Assembly: GCA_029261055.1 (NCBI GenBank)
Contig: JAJDCA010000071.1
Location: forward strand, 153,778-217,777
Origin: Candidatus Omnitrophota bacterium
GTDB taxonomy: Bacteria > Omnitrophota > Gorgyraeia > Zapsychrales > Zapsychraceae
Direction of reading: 5' to 3'
Length of the DNA: 64,000 nt
A model generated the notes under the pieces. The model worked only from the letters and a program-made list of their open reading frames with translations, was not told the origin of the DNA and searched no databases. The position numbers were made by a program, and so were the translations under genes. Position 1 is the stretch's first letter. Each line of letters starts with the position of its first letter. Positions 28,519-38,626 of the stretch are shown here, piece by piece.

Positions 28519-28920
28519 TTGAATTTGTCATCCATCCGAAAGAGTATACTCTTAAAATTGTTTTTGTTACCATTATTAATTTCTTTATCAGGGTGTATTT
28601 ATGTTGTTGTCGGAGGGGTTGGTGTTTTGGGTGGTTATATTGTCAGCCCGGATACGGTTGAAGGGGTTGTGGAAAATGATATGATAAGTGCATGGGAAAC
28701 GGCTGTTGATGTCGTTTCCATTATGGGCACGATTCAAGAAGAATATGAAAGTAGTGGTATTATACTTGCTCAAATTCATAGAGCTAAAGTAATTGTAACG
28801 CTAACATCATTAAGTGATTCGGCGGTAAAAGTAAATGTAAAAGCAAGAAAAACCCTTTTTCCAAGAATTTCTATCGCCCAGGATGTTTATGCAAAAGTTG
28901 TAAGCCGTCTGAATGAATAG
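28519..28920 (+). CDS. Lipoprotein (DUF3568-like)
   Basis: Lipobox LSGC followed by Gly-rich hydrophobic stretch. Confidence 0.55.
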   Translation: MNLSSIRKSILLKLFLLPLLISLSGCIYVVVGGVGVLGGYIVSPDTVEGVVENDMISAWETAVDVVSIMGTIQEEYESSGIILAQIHRAKVIVTLTSLSDSAVKVNVKARKTLFPRISIAQDVYAKVVSRLNE

Positions 28921-28987
28921 ACCAATAGAATATTTGACATTTAAGTTTTTTTGTATATCATAGGTGTTTCATATTTATTTTTTGAGT

Positions 28988-29063
<76 letters not shown>

Positions 29064-29131
29064 TTTTTCTTGAAGTTAACTACGAAGTCGAACAAAATGA
29101 GACTAAGTGATTTAGCCTAGTAGAATCAAAA

Positions 29132-29160
29132 TGCCCGAACTATTTTTGTTCGGTTTTTTT
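29132..29160 (+). terminator. Intrinsic terminator after tRNA-Phe
   Basis: CCGAAC-tatttttt-GTTCGG-like hairpin followed by a T run. Confidence 0.55.
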
Positions 29161-29175
29161 ATAGATATAAAAACT

Positions 29176-29261
29176 GCCGTTGTAGCTCAGTTTCCGCCAC
29201 AAAGCGTGGCAGATCCGCCATGTATTTTGGTGGAGGTAGGGCAAGTGAGTTTATTCGTAAT
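29176..29261 (+). pseudogene. Degenerate 5'-half copy of tRNA-Thr(CGT) with 42-nt palindromic insert in the D-loop
   Basis: GCCGTTGTAGCTCAGTT identical to 31659, then insert 29193-29234, then GGTAG...ATTCGTAAT; no T-arm or 3' acceptor strand. Confidence 0.8.
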
Positions 29262-29336
29262 TTTTTAATATTTTGATGAATATTGGTATTGAAGTAATTA
29301 GCATCTTTTGGTGCCGTTTATTGTGAGTTTAAGAAA

Positions 29337-29963
29337 ATGACAAAGATAAAAATTTGGGAATCATTTTGTGATGGTCAGAATTTTTTTTATGGAATTGGAT
29401 GTAAGAAGAATTATAAAAAAGCTTTTGAGTTTTTAATGATAGCTGCCAATAATGGAATTCCTCACGCTCAAAATCTTATTGGATTTTGCTATTCAGAAGG
29501 AAAAGGAATTAAGAAAGATAGTAAATCAGGCTTTAAATGGTATCGTAAGGCTGTCCTTAATAAAAAGAAACATGATTCCTCCAGAAAAAATAGAGCTATT
29601 GCTTTTTGTAATTTAGCTATGATGTGCGATGAAGGTAAAGGCGTCGAAAAAAATTCAAAACTTGCGTTTAAATATTATAAAAGTGCTGCTGAATTAGGGG
29701 ACACTGAATCCCAGTGTAATTTAGGAGTTTTATATCATGAAGGTCGTGGCATTCAGCAGAATGATAAGTTATCGATCTATTGGACTAGAAAAGCGGCAAA
29801 AAAAGGTGATGATATGGCTCAATATAACCTTGGATTGTTTTATTTGGATGGAGATGGAGTCCAAAAAAGTAATAAATTTGCAAATTTATGGTTAAAAAAG
29901 GCTTCTGGTAACAGGAATAAAAAAACTGAAAAGAAGTTAAAGTTGATTAACAAATGTAATTGA
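29337..29963 (+). CDS. Sel1-repeat protein
   Basis: Repeated 'AQ.NLG..Y..G.G..K...A..W..KAA'. Confidence 0.9.
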   Translation: MTKIKIWESFCDGQNFFYGIGCKKNYKKAFEFLMIAANNGIPHAQNLIGFCYSEGKGIKKDSKSGFKWYRKAVLNKKKHDSSRKNRAIAFCNLAMMCDEGKGVEKNSKLAFKYYKSAAELGDTESQCNLGVLYHEGRGIQQNDKLSIYWTRKAAKKGDDMAQYNLGLFYLDGDGVQKSNKFANLWLKKASGNRNKKTEKKLKLINKCN

Positions 29964-30011
29964 TTCTAGTGCTCATCCTTTATAAAAGACAGCATTTATT
30001 TATGGCTCCAC

Positions 30012-30743
30012 ATGAAAGTTAAAATTTTAATAGTTTATTTTGTCTCGATAATGTGTAATTCTTATGCTTTTGCTGATGATATAAGTGGTTATGATGCTTG
30101 TCCTAAATCAGATTATAAATTAACTTTAAATGAATTTAGGAGTTTTGATAATCCAAGAGGTGTTGATATTACTTGTGAATATGAAAAACGATTTACACTT
30201 AGAGTGTGGTATTATTTAGATTCAGTTGAAAGTCAAGAGTTGTGTGAGAAGACAGCTTCATATATTGCATCGAATTCTAATGAAATTGAATTTATTAGGA
30301 AAGAAGAATCTCAATATACAGGTGTTGGCATAGAAGTTAAAAAACAATTTAAAAATTTTGTTATATTGAGTGTACTCAAAGATGGACCTTCTGAGAAGGC
30401 AGGTATTAAAGTTAATGATCAAATTCTTATGATTAACGAAGAGAGTGTAACAAACTTAAGTTTTGAAGAAGGTATTAAAATGATTGGAGGTCCAGAAAGT
30501 ACAAATATTAGGTTAAAAATATACAGACCAGAAGAAATGAATTATTTTGAAGTACTCCTAAGTCGTGAATTGTTAGCTCCTGCCTCAGTTACATTAACAA
30601 AGCTAAGTAGAGATTCTTTAATATCTGTTATGGTTAGAATGCCAAAAAGTGAAGAAAGTAATCAGGAGTTGATTGAATATTGGCAAGGAATGGCCAATCA
30701 GTTTTTATTTAGATTTAAAAATGAAGCTTATCAATGTAATTAA
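30012..30743 (+). CDS. Secreted PDZ-domain protein (CtpA-type PDZ, no protease domain)
   Basis: Signal peptide; 'YTGVGIEV', 'GPSEKAGIKVNDQILMIN'. Confidence 0.75.
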   Translation: MKVKILIVYFVSIMCNSYAFADDISGYDACPKSDYKLTLNEFRSFDNPRGVDITCEYEKRFTLRVWYYLDSVESQELCEKTASYIASNSNEIEFIRKEESQYTGVGIEVKKQFKNFVILSVLKDGPSEKAGIKVNDQILMINEESVTNLSFEEGIKMIGGPESTNIRLKIYRPEEMNYFEVLLSRELLAPASVTLTKLSRDSLISVMVRMPKSEESNQELIEYWQGMANQFLFRFKNEAYQCN

Positions 30744-30800
30744 AATATAGAAAAAGTGAAAAATTATAGAATATAGTATTAAAAATTTTTTAATTTCCAT

Positions 30801-30844
30801 GACGTTGTAGCTCAGTTAGTAGGGCCAGTGAGTTCATTCGTAAT
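30801..30844 (+). pseudogene. Second degenerate 5'-half copy of tRNA-Thr(CGT)
   Basis: GACGTTGTAGCTCAGTTAGTAGGGCCAGTGAGTTCATTCGTAAT. Confidence 0.8.
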
Positions 30845-30975
30845 TTTCTAAATTTGTAGATATATTGCTTTTTGAACAGAAAATAGGATATAAAATTTGA
30901 GAAATATACTGACATAATTAAACCTAGTAGAGTTTTTCATACTTAATAGAATTTAAGAATAATAAAGAATTTGTT

Positions 30976-31572
30976 ATGCTACAGATTATCAAGCGTATAA
31001 TTCGTGCAGCTAAATTGGATTTAACTCTTTATGAAGAAATTAAATTCGATAAAACAGCCACACGTCAGGCAATATTTATTGTTGCTTCGTGTAGTTCTTT
31101 TTTAGGGGTGTTTCTTTCTATAGCGAGTCGAAATTTAATTTTTATACCAATGTATATCATATCGGGATTAGTAAGTTGGTATATTTTGACGTATTGTATT
31201 TATTTTGTTGGTACAAAATTTCTTAAATCTTCACAAACAAACGTTGATCACAGGAGTTTGTTAAGAACGATAGGGTTTTCCTATTCCCCTGGATTAATAA
31301 TATTTTTATTCTTAATTCCTGGTATTGAGTTGAATTTGTTAATTTTAATTGTTAAAATTTGGATGTTAAGTTCATTGGTTATTGCGGTACAAAATACTTT
31401 TGGTTATAAAAATGTAGGGAGAGCGATAGGTGTTTGCATTATAGGGTGGATTGTTCAAATTGTTTTTTATATTATTCTTGGGACGCTATTGTTTATTGTT
31501 AAAAAATCTTCGAACAAGACTCCATCAAAAGATTTAAAGCTTGAGGATAATAGAATTTCAATCCCAGGATAG
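30976..31572 (+). CDS. Yip1-family membrane protein
   Basis: 'RAAKLD..LYEEI..D..ATRQA', 'LLRTIGFSYSPG', about 5 TM. Confidence 0.7.
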   Translation: MLQIIKRIIRAAKLDLTLYEEIKFDKTATRQAIFIVASCSSFLGVFLSIASRNLIFIPMYIISGLVSWYILTYCIYFVGTKFLKSSQTNVDHRSLLRTIGFSYSPGLIIFLFLIPGIELNLLILIVKIWMLSSLVIAVQNTFGYKNVGRAIGVCIIGWIVQIVFYIILGTLLFIVKKSSNKTPSKDLKLEDNRISIPG

Positions 31573-31658
31573 CGTGGAATATGGTTTTAAATGTTAAAAA
31601 ATATGGGGAATAGACATCTAAATAGGGAAAGTCCACTGTCCCTCAATTACAAATTCAT

Positions 31659-31731
<73 letters not shown>

Positions 31732-31736
31732 TTTAT

Positions 31737-31783
31737 TTAGGAATTTCGATGCTTTAACGAAATTCCAAACGGGTTTAATACCC
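31737..31783 (+). mobile_element. Truncated MITE-like hairpin element (IS200/IS605-end-like)
   Basis: TTAGGAATTTC-loop-GAAATTCCAAA.GG.T.TAAT.CCC, shared with 61081. Confidence 0.5.
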
Positions 31784-31865
31784 TTGATTATCCTTCTTGA
31801 AAGATTTTTTATAAGATGATATACTTCTGCCTTAACTCATTGAAAGAAAATACGTTTTGCTTCTT

Positions 31866-33368
31866 ATGAAAAATTTCTTAATAAAAATATGGGTGTTTCT
31901 TGTAGTTATCTTTCTTGGGCTTCCTTTTGCCGCACAAGGACAGGGGACGGCTACGGATTCTTATACGCATCATGGTCGCGTTATGTTGGAGTGGGGAAAT
32001 GTGACTGAGGCTGTTGATGATTTTAGCAAGGCTATTTTGCGTGATCCTCATAATAGAGAAGCCCAAGGGCAATTGATGGCCTTGGCTTCGCAGGGTAGCT
32101 TAACGCCTCAACAAAGGATCAATTTGGTCCTTTTGAAAGACTTAGTGAAATATAATCAGAGCCTTGAGGCTAAAGTAGATTATTATGAAACTAAAAATAG
32201 GCTGCTTAGAGAAATTCTCATCCAGAAAGGATATCCTGTACCTTTTAGTGATGAAGAAATTATACAGATTAAGTTTAATGGAACATCAGCTGAACCATTA
32301 GAGCAAGTGAATGCAGCGTTAAGGTTTGAAAAACAACAATTATCAGATAAAATTGTATTTTTGAAAAAAGAGTATGATCGTTTAAGAAATGTGCGCAGTG
32401 AGAACTTCTCAAATGTGCGGCGTGTTGTTAAAACGCAACCATCGGAAAGGATAACGCATTTTTATAACCCGTATTCTGAAGATTTTCATAATAGAACAAA
32501 AGGTTCAACAGAATCTTTGAATGTTCCATCAGAGCAGATAATTCGAAATCAAGACATGTATGCGGCTCAATTTAAACCTGTGGAAGTCCCAACGGTTATA
32601 TCGGCATCACGAGAAGATGCCCTTATGTTGAAAAACGAATTAGCCCTTGTACTTGGAAAATTGAATAATTTGGAAAGAAATATTACACAGAAAGATCAAA
32701 GAATTGAAGAATTAAATAAACAAATCGTTAATTATGCCTTGGAGCTTTCTGAAGTTAAAATGATGTTAACACAAAAGATTGAAAAAATTTCGTCATTTAA
32801 TACGGCATTGATTGATATACAGTCGCGATTTGAACTTGGGCAGAGAATAATCCAAGAAAAAGATGGAACAATTCAATCCGTTCAAGCTATGCTTCAAGAG
32901 GTCAGGACACAGTTATTTTCACGGGAAAATGAAATAAAGACTATCCTAACGTCTAAGGATGAAAAATTGGTTGAGCTGAACGGCATATTGCAAGTTTACA
33001 AGGAAAAGCTCGGTGATGTTCACCAAGAAGTAAAAGAAAAAGGGGCAAGTGTGTCTACTTTAGAAGATCAATTAACGCTTGTGCAGGTTAAAATGTTTGA
33101 GAAAAATAAAATGCTTCGTAAAACACAAGAACAATTTTTGAAATTAGAAGGACAGTTAAAGGATATTCAAAATAATGTGTTTGAATTAAAGGGGTATTCA
33201 AAAGGCAATAGTAAAATTCTTGAATTTGATGAAGATGTTTCAGGTTTGCAAGGTGAGTTAAAAAATATTCACCAATTTTTATTAAAGCAATTAAGCAGTT
33301 TTGAGGATTCTAACAGTAATTTTGCTGTTGAGGATTTGCGTGACGTCAGGGAAATGCTTGATAAGTAA
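31866..33368 (+). CDS. Secreted protein with N-terminal TPR and long coiled coil
   Basis: Signal peptide, one TPR ('AVDDFSKAILRDPHN'), heptad-rich C-half. Confidence 0.7.
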   Translation: MKNFLIKIWVFLVVIFLGLPFAAQGQGTATDSYTHHGRVMLEWGNVTEAVDDFSKAILRDPHNREAQGQLMALASQGSLTPQQRINLVLLKDLVKYNQSLEAKVDYYETKNRLLREILIQKGYPVPFSDEEIIQIKFNGTSAEPLEQVNAALRFEKQQLSDKIVFLKKEYDRLRNVRSENFSNVRRVVKTQPSERITHFYNPYSEDFHNRTKGSTESLNVPSEQIIRNQDMYAAQFKPVEVPTVISASREDALMLKNELALVLGKLNNLERNITQKDQRIEELNKQIVNYALELSEVKMMLTQKIEKISSFNTALIDIQSRFELGQRIIQEKDGTIQSVQAMLQEVRTQLFSRENEIKTILTSKDEKLVELNGILQVYKEKLGDVHQEVKEKGASVSTLEDQLTLVQVKMFEKNKMLRKTQEQFLKLEGQLKDIQNNVFELKGYSKGNSKILEFDEDVSGLQGELKNIHQFLLKQLSSFEDSNSNFAVEDLRDVREMLDK

Positions 33369-34852
33369 TGAAATTATTTTCTAAATATTTGTTATTGTTT
33401 TTTGGTTTATGGAGCGTAACGGCTGTTTCTACGGCGGCTTTACCACCGACAGATGCTGTTGTTAAAGTTTTTGTTACGTCCAACAGCATGGATTATCAAA
33501 GTCCCTGGCAATCTGAGGGAACGCAGGTTGCAGGTGGCTCAGGCAGTATTATCAGCGGCAATAGAATTCTTACCAATGCCCACGTAGTAGCCGATCACAC
33601 TTTTATTCAAGTCAAAAGAAATGCCGATCCTAAGAAATATACAGCTAAGGTTGAAGTTATTGGTTACGATTGTGATTTAGCTCTCCTTTCCGTTGATGAT
33701 CCCGATTTTTTTAAAGATATTAAGCCGTTAGATTTTGGTCAGTTGCCCAGTTTGCAAGATACGGTGGCTGTTTTAGGGTATCCACAAGGTGGGGATAAAC
33801 TTTCGATTACAAAAGGGGTTGTCTCCCGTATTGAGTTAACTTCTTACGTTATTAGTTCCCGAAAATTATTAGCCGTACAAATTGATGCTGCCATTAATCC
33901 TGGCAATAGCGGTGGTCCAGTGGTAAAGGATGGTCAAATTGTTGGTGTCGCCATGCAGGGGTATAAATGGGCGCAAAGTATTGGATATATGATTCCGATT
34001 CCGGTTATCGAACATTTTTTTCAAGATCTTGAAGATGGAACCTATGATGGTTTTCCAGTTATGGGGATTGAGTTTCATAATACGGAAAATAAGGCGCTCA
34101 GAAAATTTTATGATCTTGGAAAAGATGAAGGCGGTATACTTGTTAATAAGGTTTTACCATTTTCACCAGCCTTTGAAGTTATTAAGGCAGGAGATATTAT
34201 TCTTAAGATAGGCGATGTTTCTATTGGTGAAGATGGAACATTTGCTTTTCAAGGTGGTGAGCGGCTTTCAATGTCTTACCTTATTACAAGCCAACAAATC
34301 GAGGGGAAAATTTCGATAAAAGTTAAACGTAATAAGAAAGTGAAAGATGTTATTGTCAAGCTGAGTTCTTTTGTACCATTAGTGCCGTATCCGCATCATT
34401 TTAAAAAACCATCGTATTATATTTTTGGGGGTTTGGTTTTTACTGTGCTGAGTGCAGATTTATTAAGTTCGTGGGGTGAACGGTGGTGGGAAAATGCCCC
34501 TTTAGAACTAAGTAATTATTATTTTGGAACAGGTCGGTTGAATGATAAAAAACGTCAAGAATTAGTTGTTCTTTTAGACGTTTTATCCGATGATGTCAAT
34601 GTTGGTTATCATAATCAAGCCAATGTTATCATTACAAAGGTTAATGATCAGGAGTTTAGGTCATTCAAAGAGTTTGTATTGCTTCTCAATAAAATAAAGA
34701 CTAAGGAAGAATATACTTTAATTGAGACGGAGCGCGCTTCACGCATTGTTTTGGATAATGCAAATATTGATCAAATTGATGAAAAAATTTTAAACCGCAA
34801 CAATATTCCTTACCTGTACTCATCGGATGTTGCTAACTGGCTTGGAAAATAA
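33368..34852 (+). CDS. HtrA/DegP-family serine protease with PDZ domains
   Basis: Triad motifs TNAHVV, DCDLALL, INPGNSGGP. Confidence 0.92.
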   Translation: MKLFSKYLLLFFGLWSVTAVSTAALPPTDAVVKVFVTSNSMDYQSPWQSEGTQVAGGSGSIISGNRILTNAHVVADHTFIQVKRNADPKKYTAKVEVIGYDCDLALLSVDDPDFFKDIKPLDFGQLPSLQDTVAVLGYPQGGDKLSITKGVVSRIELTSYVISSRKLLAVQIDAAINPGNSGGPVVKDGQIVGVAMQGYKWAQSIGYMIPIPVIEHFFQDLEDGTYDGFPVMGIEFHNTENKALRKFYDLGKDEGGILVNKVLPFSPAFEVIKAGDIILKIGDVSIGEDGTFAFQGGERLSMSYLITSQQIEGKISIKVKRNKKVKDVIVKLSSFVPLVPYPHHFKKPSYYIFGGLVFTVLSADLLSSWGERWWENAPLELSNYYFGTGRLNDKKRQELVVLLDVLSDDVNVGYHNQANVIITKVNDQEFRSFKEFVLLLNKIKTKEEYTLIETERASRIVLDNANIDQIDEKILNRNNIPYLYSSDVANWLGK

Positions 34853-34854
34853 TT

Positions 34855-35787
34855 TTGAAAAAATTAAATTCTTACCCCAAAAGTAAATCAAATTATTTTG
34901 TTCTTATTTTAAAAGGTTTTTGTATGGGAACCGCGGATATTATTCCCGGTATTTCCGGTGGGACCATTGCTTTTATTTTAGGTATTTATGAGGAATTTAT
35001 CCAGTCTATCAAATCATTTGACCTGCCGTTTTTGCAATTGCTTTTTCGTTTTAGAATTCGTGAAGCTTTTCAGAAGGTGTCCTGGAAATTTCTTGGGTCT
35101 ATTCTTCTAGGTATTATTTGTGCAATTTTAACTTTGTCAAAATCTCTTAGTTGGCTTTTACACAATAAGCCGATCTTAATTAATTCGTTTTTCTTTGGAC
35201 TGATCTTAGCCACGATTCCTATTGTTATGCGTGTTATGAAACAATGGACTGTAGCTAAGGGGATATCCGTTGTCGTTGCGGCTATGGGGACTTATTTTTT
35301 TGTAGGGATGGCACCGGTATCAACACCTGAGGCATTATGGTTTGTTTTTTTAAGTGGGGCGGTAGCCATCAGTGCCATGATTATGCCGGGGGTTTCTGGC
35401 GCCTTTATTTTAGTTTTATTTGGCAAATATAGTTTTATTCTTGATGCGGTGAATCATCGTGATTTTGTGGTTTTAGGTGTTTTTATTTTAGGTATTGGTG
35501 TAGGGGTTATAACATTTGTTCGTGTTTTAAGTTGGCTTTTTAAAAATTACCATGATGCAACTATTGCCGTTATTACCGGAGTTGTCATTGGTTCTCTCAA
35601 TAAAATTTGGCCATGGAAAGAAACCATACGAGAAATAACGACAAGTCATGGGAAAATTATACCGATTGAGCAAATAAATATATGGCCAGCGTCCATAAAT
35701 AATGAAGTAGGTTTTGCCGTTGGGCTTATGGTTATTGGATTTGTTATGGCGTTAAATTTAAATGTTTTTGGCAATAAGAAATCATAA
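34855..35787 (+). CDS. DUF368 membrane protein
   Basis: 'KGFCMGTADIIPGISGGTIA', 'AMIMPGVSG', 'IWPWK'. Confidence 0.9.
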   Translation: MKKLNSYPKSKSNYFVLILKGFCMGTADIIPGISGGTIAFILGIYEEFIQSIKSFDLPFLQLLFRFRIREAFQKVSWKFLGSILLGIICAILTLSKSLSWLLHNKPILINSFFFGLILATIPIVMRVMKQWTVAKGISVVVAAMGTYFFVGMAPVSTPEALWFVFLSGAVAISAMIMPGVSGAFILVLFGKYSFILDAVNHRDFVVLGVFILGIGVGVITFVRVLSWLFKNYHDATIAVITGVVIGSLNKIWPWKETIREITTSHGKIIPIEQINIWPASINNEVGFAVGLMVIGFVMALNLNVFGNKKS

Positions 35788-35799
35788 AAAAGGAGGCTT

Positions 35800-37131
35800 A
35801 TGCAACGTATCTTTTTAAAAATTATTATGACATTTGGGTTTATTTTTTGTTCCGGCAGTTTAGCTTTTTCTGGTGAGGAGATTGGGGTTGATTCCGGTGT
35901 GACTTCCTGGATGATAACATCAACGGCATTAGTGCTTTTGATGATTCCGGGATTGGCCATGTTTTATGGTGGTTTGGTACGTGCGAAAAATGTTCTTGGG
36001 ACTATGTTGCACAGTTACAGTGCCATGGCAATTATCGGTGTTTTTTGGGCCGTCTGTGGTTATTCTATGAGTTTTGGTCCGAGTGTGATGGGAGGGTGGT
36101 TTGGATGGGATCCCGACTTGGTTTTTCTGTCAGGGATTGATGATAAAATTATGGACGCGGGGGTTCCGGAATATGTATTTGCCATGTTCCAGGGGAAATT
36201 TGCGATTATCACACCTGCTATCATTGCAGGGGCCTTTGCTGAAAGGGTACGTTTTAAGACCTATTGTATTTTTATTCTATTGTGGACTATTTTGGTCTAT
36301 TCCCCTTTATGCCATTGGGTTTGGGCTGAGGATGGTTTTATTTTTAACATGGGGGCTAATGGAGCTATTGATTTTGCCGGTGGGACAGTGGTTCATATTT
36401 CATCAGGAATCAGTGCGTTAGTTATTGCTCTTTATTTAGGCTCCCGGCGTGGTTATCCAAGAACGGCTATGCATCCGAATAATCTTGTGATGACATTGAT
36501 TGGAGCCGGTCTTTTATGGGTGGGTTGGTTTGGATTTAATGCAGGAAGTTCAATAGGAAGTAATCTGGACACAGCCCGAGCTTTAACGGTTACGCAAGTT
36601 GCCGGTGCATCCGGAGCTTTGATGTGGATGCTGATAGAAGGCTTCAAACATGAAAAGGTTACCAGTTTAGGGGTGGCGAGTGGTATTTTAGCTGGGTTGG
36701 TTGTTATAACGCCGGCAGCCGGTGTGGTGCAGGTTAAAGGGGCGATTATTTTGGGTTTTATTGCTTCGATTTTTAGTTATAGTGCTATTCAGATGAAAAA
36801 TAAATTAGGATATGATGATACTTTAGATGTATTTGGCATACACGGCGTATCCGGGATTGTCGGAGCTCTTGGGTTGACATTTTTTATCCGTTCCAGTTGG
36901 ATGGAAGAAGCGGCAATTTTGGCCGGCGGTTCATGGACCGTTCTCCAGCAGTTAGGCGTACAAGCTTTGGCCGTATTGATTACTGTTATTTATGCTTCAA
37001 TTATTACATTCATTTTGGTTGTTATTTTAGAAAAGACAATAGGTTTTCGTATCACAGAAAGAGAAGAAATGGAAGGTCTTGATCATAGCCTTCATGGCGA
37101 ACATGGGTATGGGTTAATTAATTTGAATTAA
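35800..37131 (+). CDS. amtB: Ammonium transporter
   Basis: 'DFAGGTVVH', 'WVGWFGFNAGS', 'DDTLDVFGIHG'. Confidence 0.96.
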   Translation: MQRIFLKIIMTFGFIFCSGSLAFSGEEIGVDSGVTSWMITSTALVLLMIPGLAMFYGGLVRAKNVLGTMLHSYSAMAIIGVFWAVCGYSMSFGPSVMGGWFGWDPDLVFLSGIDDKIMDAGVPEYVFAMFQGKFAIITPAIIAGAFAERVRFKTYCIFILLWTILVYSPLCHWVWAEDGFIFNMGANGAIDFAGGTVVHISSGISALVIALYLGSRRGYPRTAMHPNNLVMTLIGAGLLWVGWFGFNAGSSIGSNLDTARALTVTQVAGASGALMWMLIEGFKHEKVTSLGVASGILAGLVVITPAAGVVQVKGAIILGFIASIFSYSAIQMKNKLGYDDTLDVFGIHGVSGIVGALGLTFFIRSSWMEEAAILAGGSWTVLQQLGVQALAVLITVIYASIITFILVVILEKTIGFRITEREEMEGLDHSLHGEHGYGLINLN

Positions 37132-37140
37132 AGGTTATTC

Positions 37141-37245
37141 TTAGAGAAGCAAGAAATAAAGAAGTAAGAATCAGAGAGATAAAACAGCGTTAATTTTTTG
37201 TTTTGTTCTTTGCATCTTGCTTCTTTGTGCCTGTGCTTCTTTATT
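37141..37245. repeat. Hairpin of degenerate ~8-bp periodic repeats
   Basis: AGAGAAGC/AAGAAATA/AAGAAGT... arm and complementary ...ATCTTGC/TTCTTTG/GCTTCTTT arm; same style as 14313. Confidence 0.6.
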
Positions 37246-37260
37246 AGTGAGGAGAGTTAT

Positions 37261-37602
37261 ATGAAACTTATTACTGCAATAATTCAACCTGATAAATTAG
37301 ATGAGGTACGGGAAGCTCTTATAAAAAAAGATATTAAACGCATCACGGCCAGTCGTGTTACAGGGCGTGGTCAGCATGTTGAAGAAGATTTGTACCGCGG
37401 TCAGGAAGTGGCCCTTGATTTAATTCCAAAGGTACGTGTTGATATTGCCTGTAATGAAAAATTTGTTAAGGTCATTTGCGATACCATTATCAAATCTGCC
37501 CGGCATAATAACGGAAAGTTGGGGGATGGAAAGATTTTTGTCACAAATCTTGAAGAATGTATCCGCATCCGCACCGGTGAAAAAGGGGCGGATGCTATTT
37601 AG
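37261..37602 (+). CDS. glnK: P-II nitrogen regulator
   Basis: 'MKLITAIIQPDKL', 'YRG', 'GDGKIFV', 'IRIRTGE'; next to amtB; GAGGAG before ATG 37261. Confidence 0.9.
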   Translation: MKLITAIIQPDKLDEVREALIKKDIKRITASRVTGRGQHVEEDLYRGQEVALDLIPKVRVDIACNEKFVKVICDTIIKSARHNNGKLGDGKIFVTNLEECIRIRTGEKGADAI

Positions 37603-37616
37603 TCTATAAATATAGT

Positions 37617-37681
37617 CAAAAAACCGGGGCAGGTATGAATTTAAAATATATCTTTAAATTTGTATCTGCCCTTGTTTTTTG
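37617..37681 (+). terminator. Long hairpin/terminator after glnK
   Basis: GGGCAGGTATGAATTTAAA...TTTAAATTTGTATCTGCCC plus T run. Confidence 0.65.
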
Positions 37682-37762
37682 GATATGTCTATAAGTCGTA
37701 TGTTATACTTATAATGAATGGAAATGAGATGGGAATTTAAAAGATTAAATAAAGAGAAAATT

Positions 37763-38569
37763 ATGCGTTATTTTAGAACTAACAAACAAATTGTTGTTTT
37801 ATTGACAGTATGCCACTTTTTGTTAATAAGTGGGGTAGGAGGGGTTTATGCTTTTGATTTGAGCCTGGAAGGTAAGAAGTTGTATGAAGAGAAAACAGGA
37901 AAGAATTGGCAGGATGCGACTATTTATGAACAGGAAACTTTTTTGCAATATTTTCGAACTAGAAAACTTAATTCTACAAGAAATGTTAATAGTCAAAGAC
38001 AGGCGAAGGATGTAAACGAAGAAACGCAGGAGGTCAGTCAAGAAGTTCTAAAACGTACTCTTAAAATTCGTGGTGAATTTAAGGAAAAGACAGGTAAGGA
38101 GTGGGGTCAGGCGAATGAACGTGAGCAAGAAATATTTCTTAAGCATTTTCGTATTATTGAATTAAAGGAAAAACAAAAGAAGGTAACAAAAAAATATGCT
38201 CCGGATCCTAATGTTACATTAGAAATTCGTCGTAATTTTGAAAGAGGTCGAAATAAAAAATGGGAAGAGGCTACTGAGGAAGAGCAGAATAAATTTTTTA
38301 AAGATTATGAAAAGGCAAAAAAAATAGAGCTACAAAAAGAGTCCCGAAGAATACTTCAAGTAAAAAGGTCTGGGCAAATATCTGAAAGAAATAAAAAGAA
38401 TGCAAAAAGAAGTAAAAAGCGAGCCAAGATGCGGGAAGAAAGAGAAAGGATGCTTGAGCATCGCGCTAAGGAAAAGAAACGTCAGGATATACGGAGATGG
38501 ATCGTACAGACAAAAAGGAATTTTGATCGTAAACGCCAACAAATGCAGAGGAAGCGAAAGAAAAGGTGA
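37763..38569 (+). CDS. Secreted hypothetical protein with three Trp-containing repeats and a basic tail
   Basis: Signal peptide (VYA-F); repeats YEEKTGKNWQDAT..EQETFL / FKEKTGKEWGQAN..EQEIFL / FERGRNKKWEEAT..EQNKFF. Confidence 0.7.
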   Translation: MRYFRTNKQIVVLLTVCHFLLISGVGGVYAFDLSLEGKKLYEEKTGKNWQDATIYEQETFLQYFRTRKLNSTRNVNSQRQAKDVNEETQEVSQEVLKRTLKIRGEFKEKTGKEWGQANEREQEIFLKHFRIIELKEKQKKVTKKYAPDPNVTLEIRRNFERGRNKKWEEATEEEQNKFFKDYEKAKKIELQKESRRILQVKRSGQISERNKKNAKRSKKRAKMREERERMLEHRAKEKKRQDIRRWIVQTKRNFDRKRQQMQRKRKKR

Positions 38570-38626
38570 TAATAGCATCAAATCATCTTGCCAAATTTTC
38601 CCACCCAAATTACAATAAGTCATTTT

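Noticed and set aside
29176-29261. Intron-containing or split functional tRNA
   Set aside because: No T-arm or 3' acceptor strand follows, and the anticodon stem is disrupted.
31601-31648. Degenerate GGGGA...TGTCCC hairpin before tRNA-Thr
   Set aside because: Single, poorly paired copy; may be a decayed repeat but cannot be supported.
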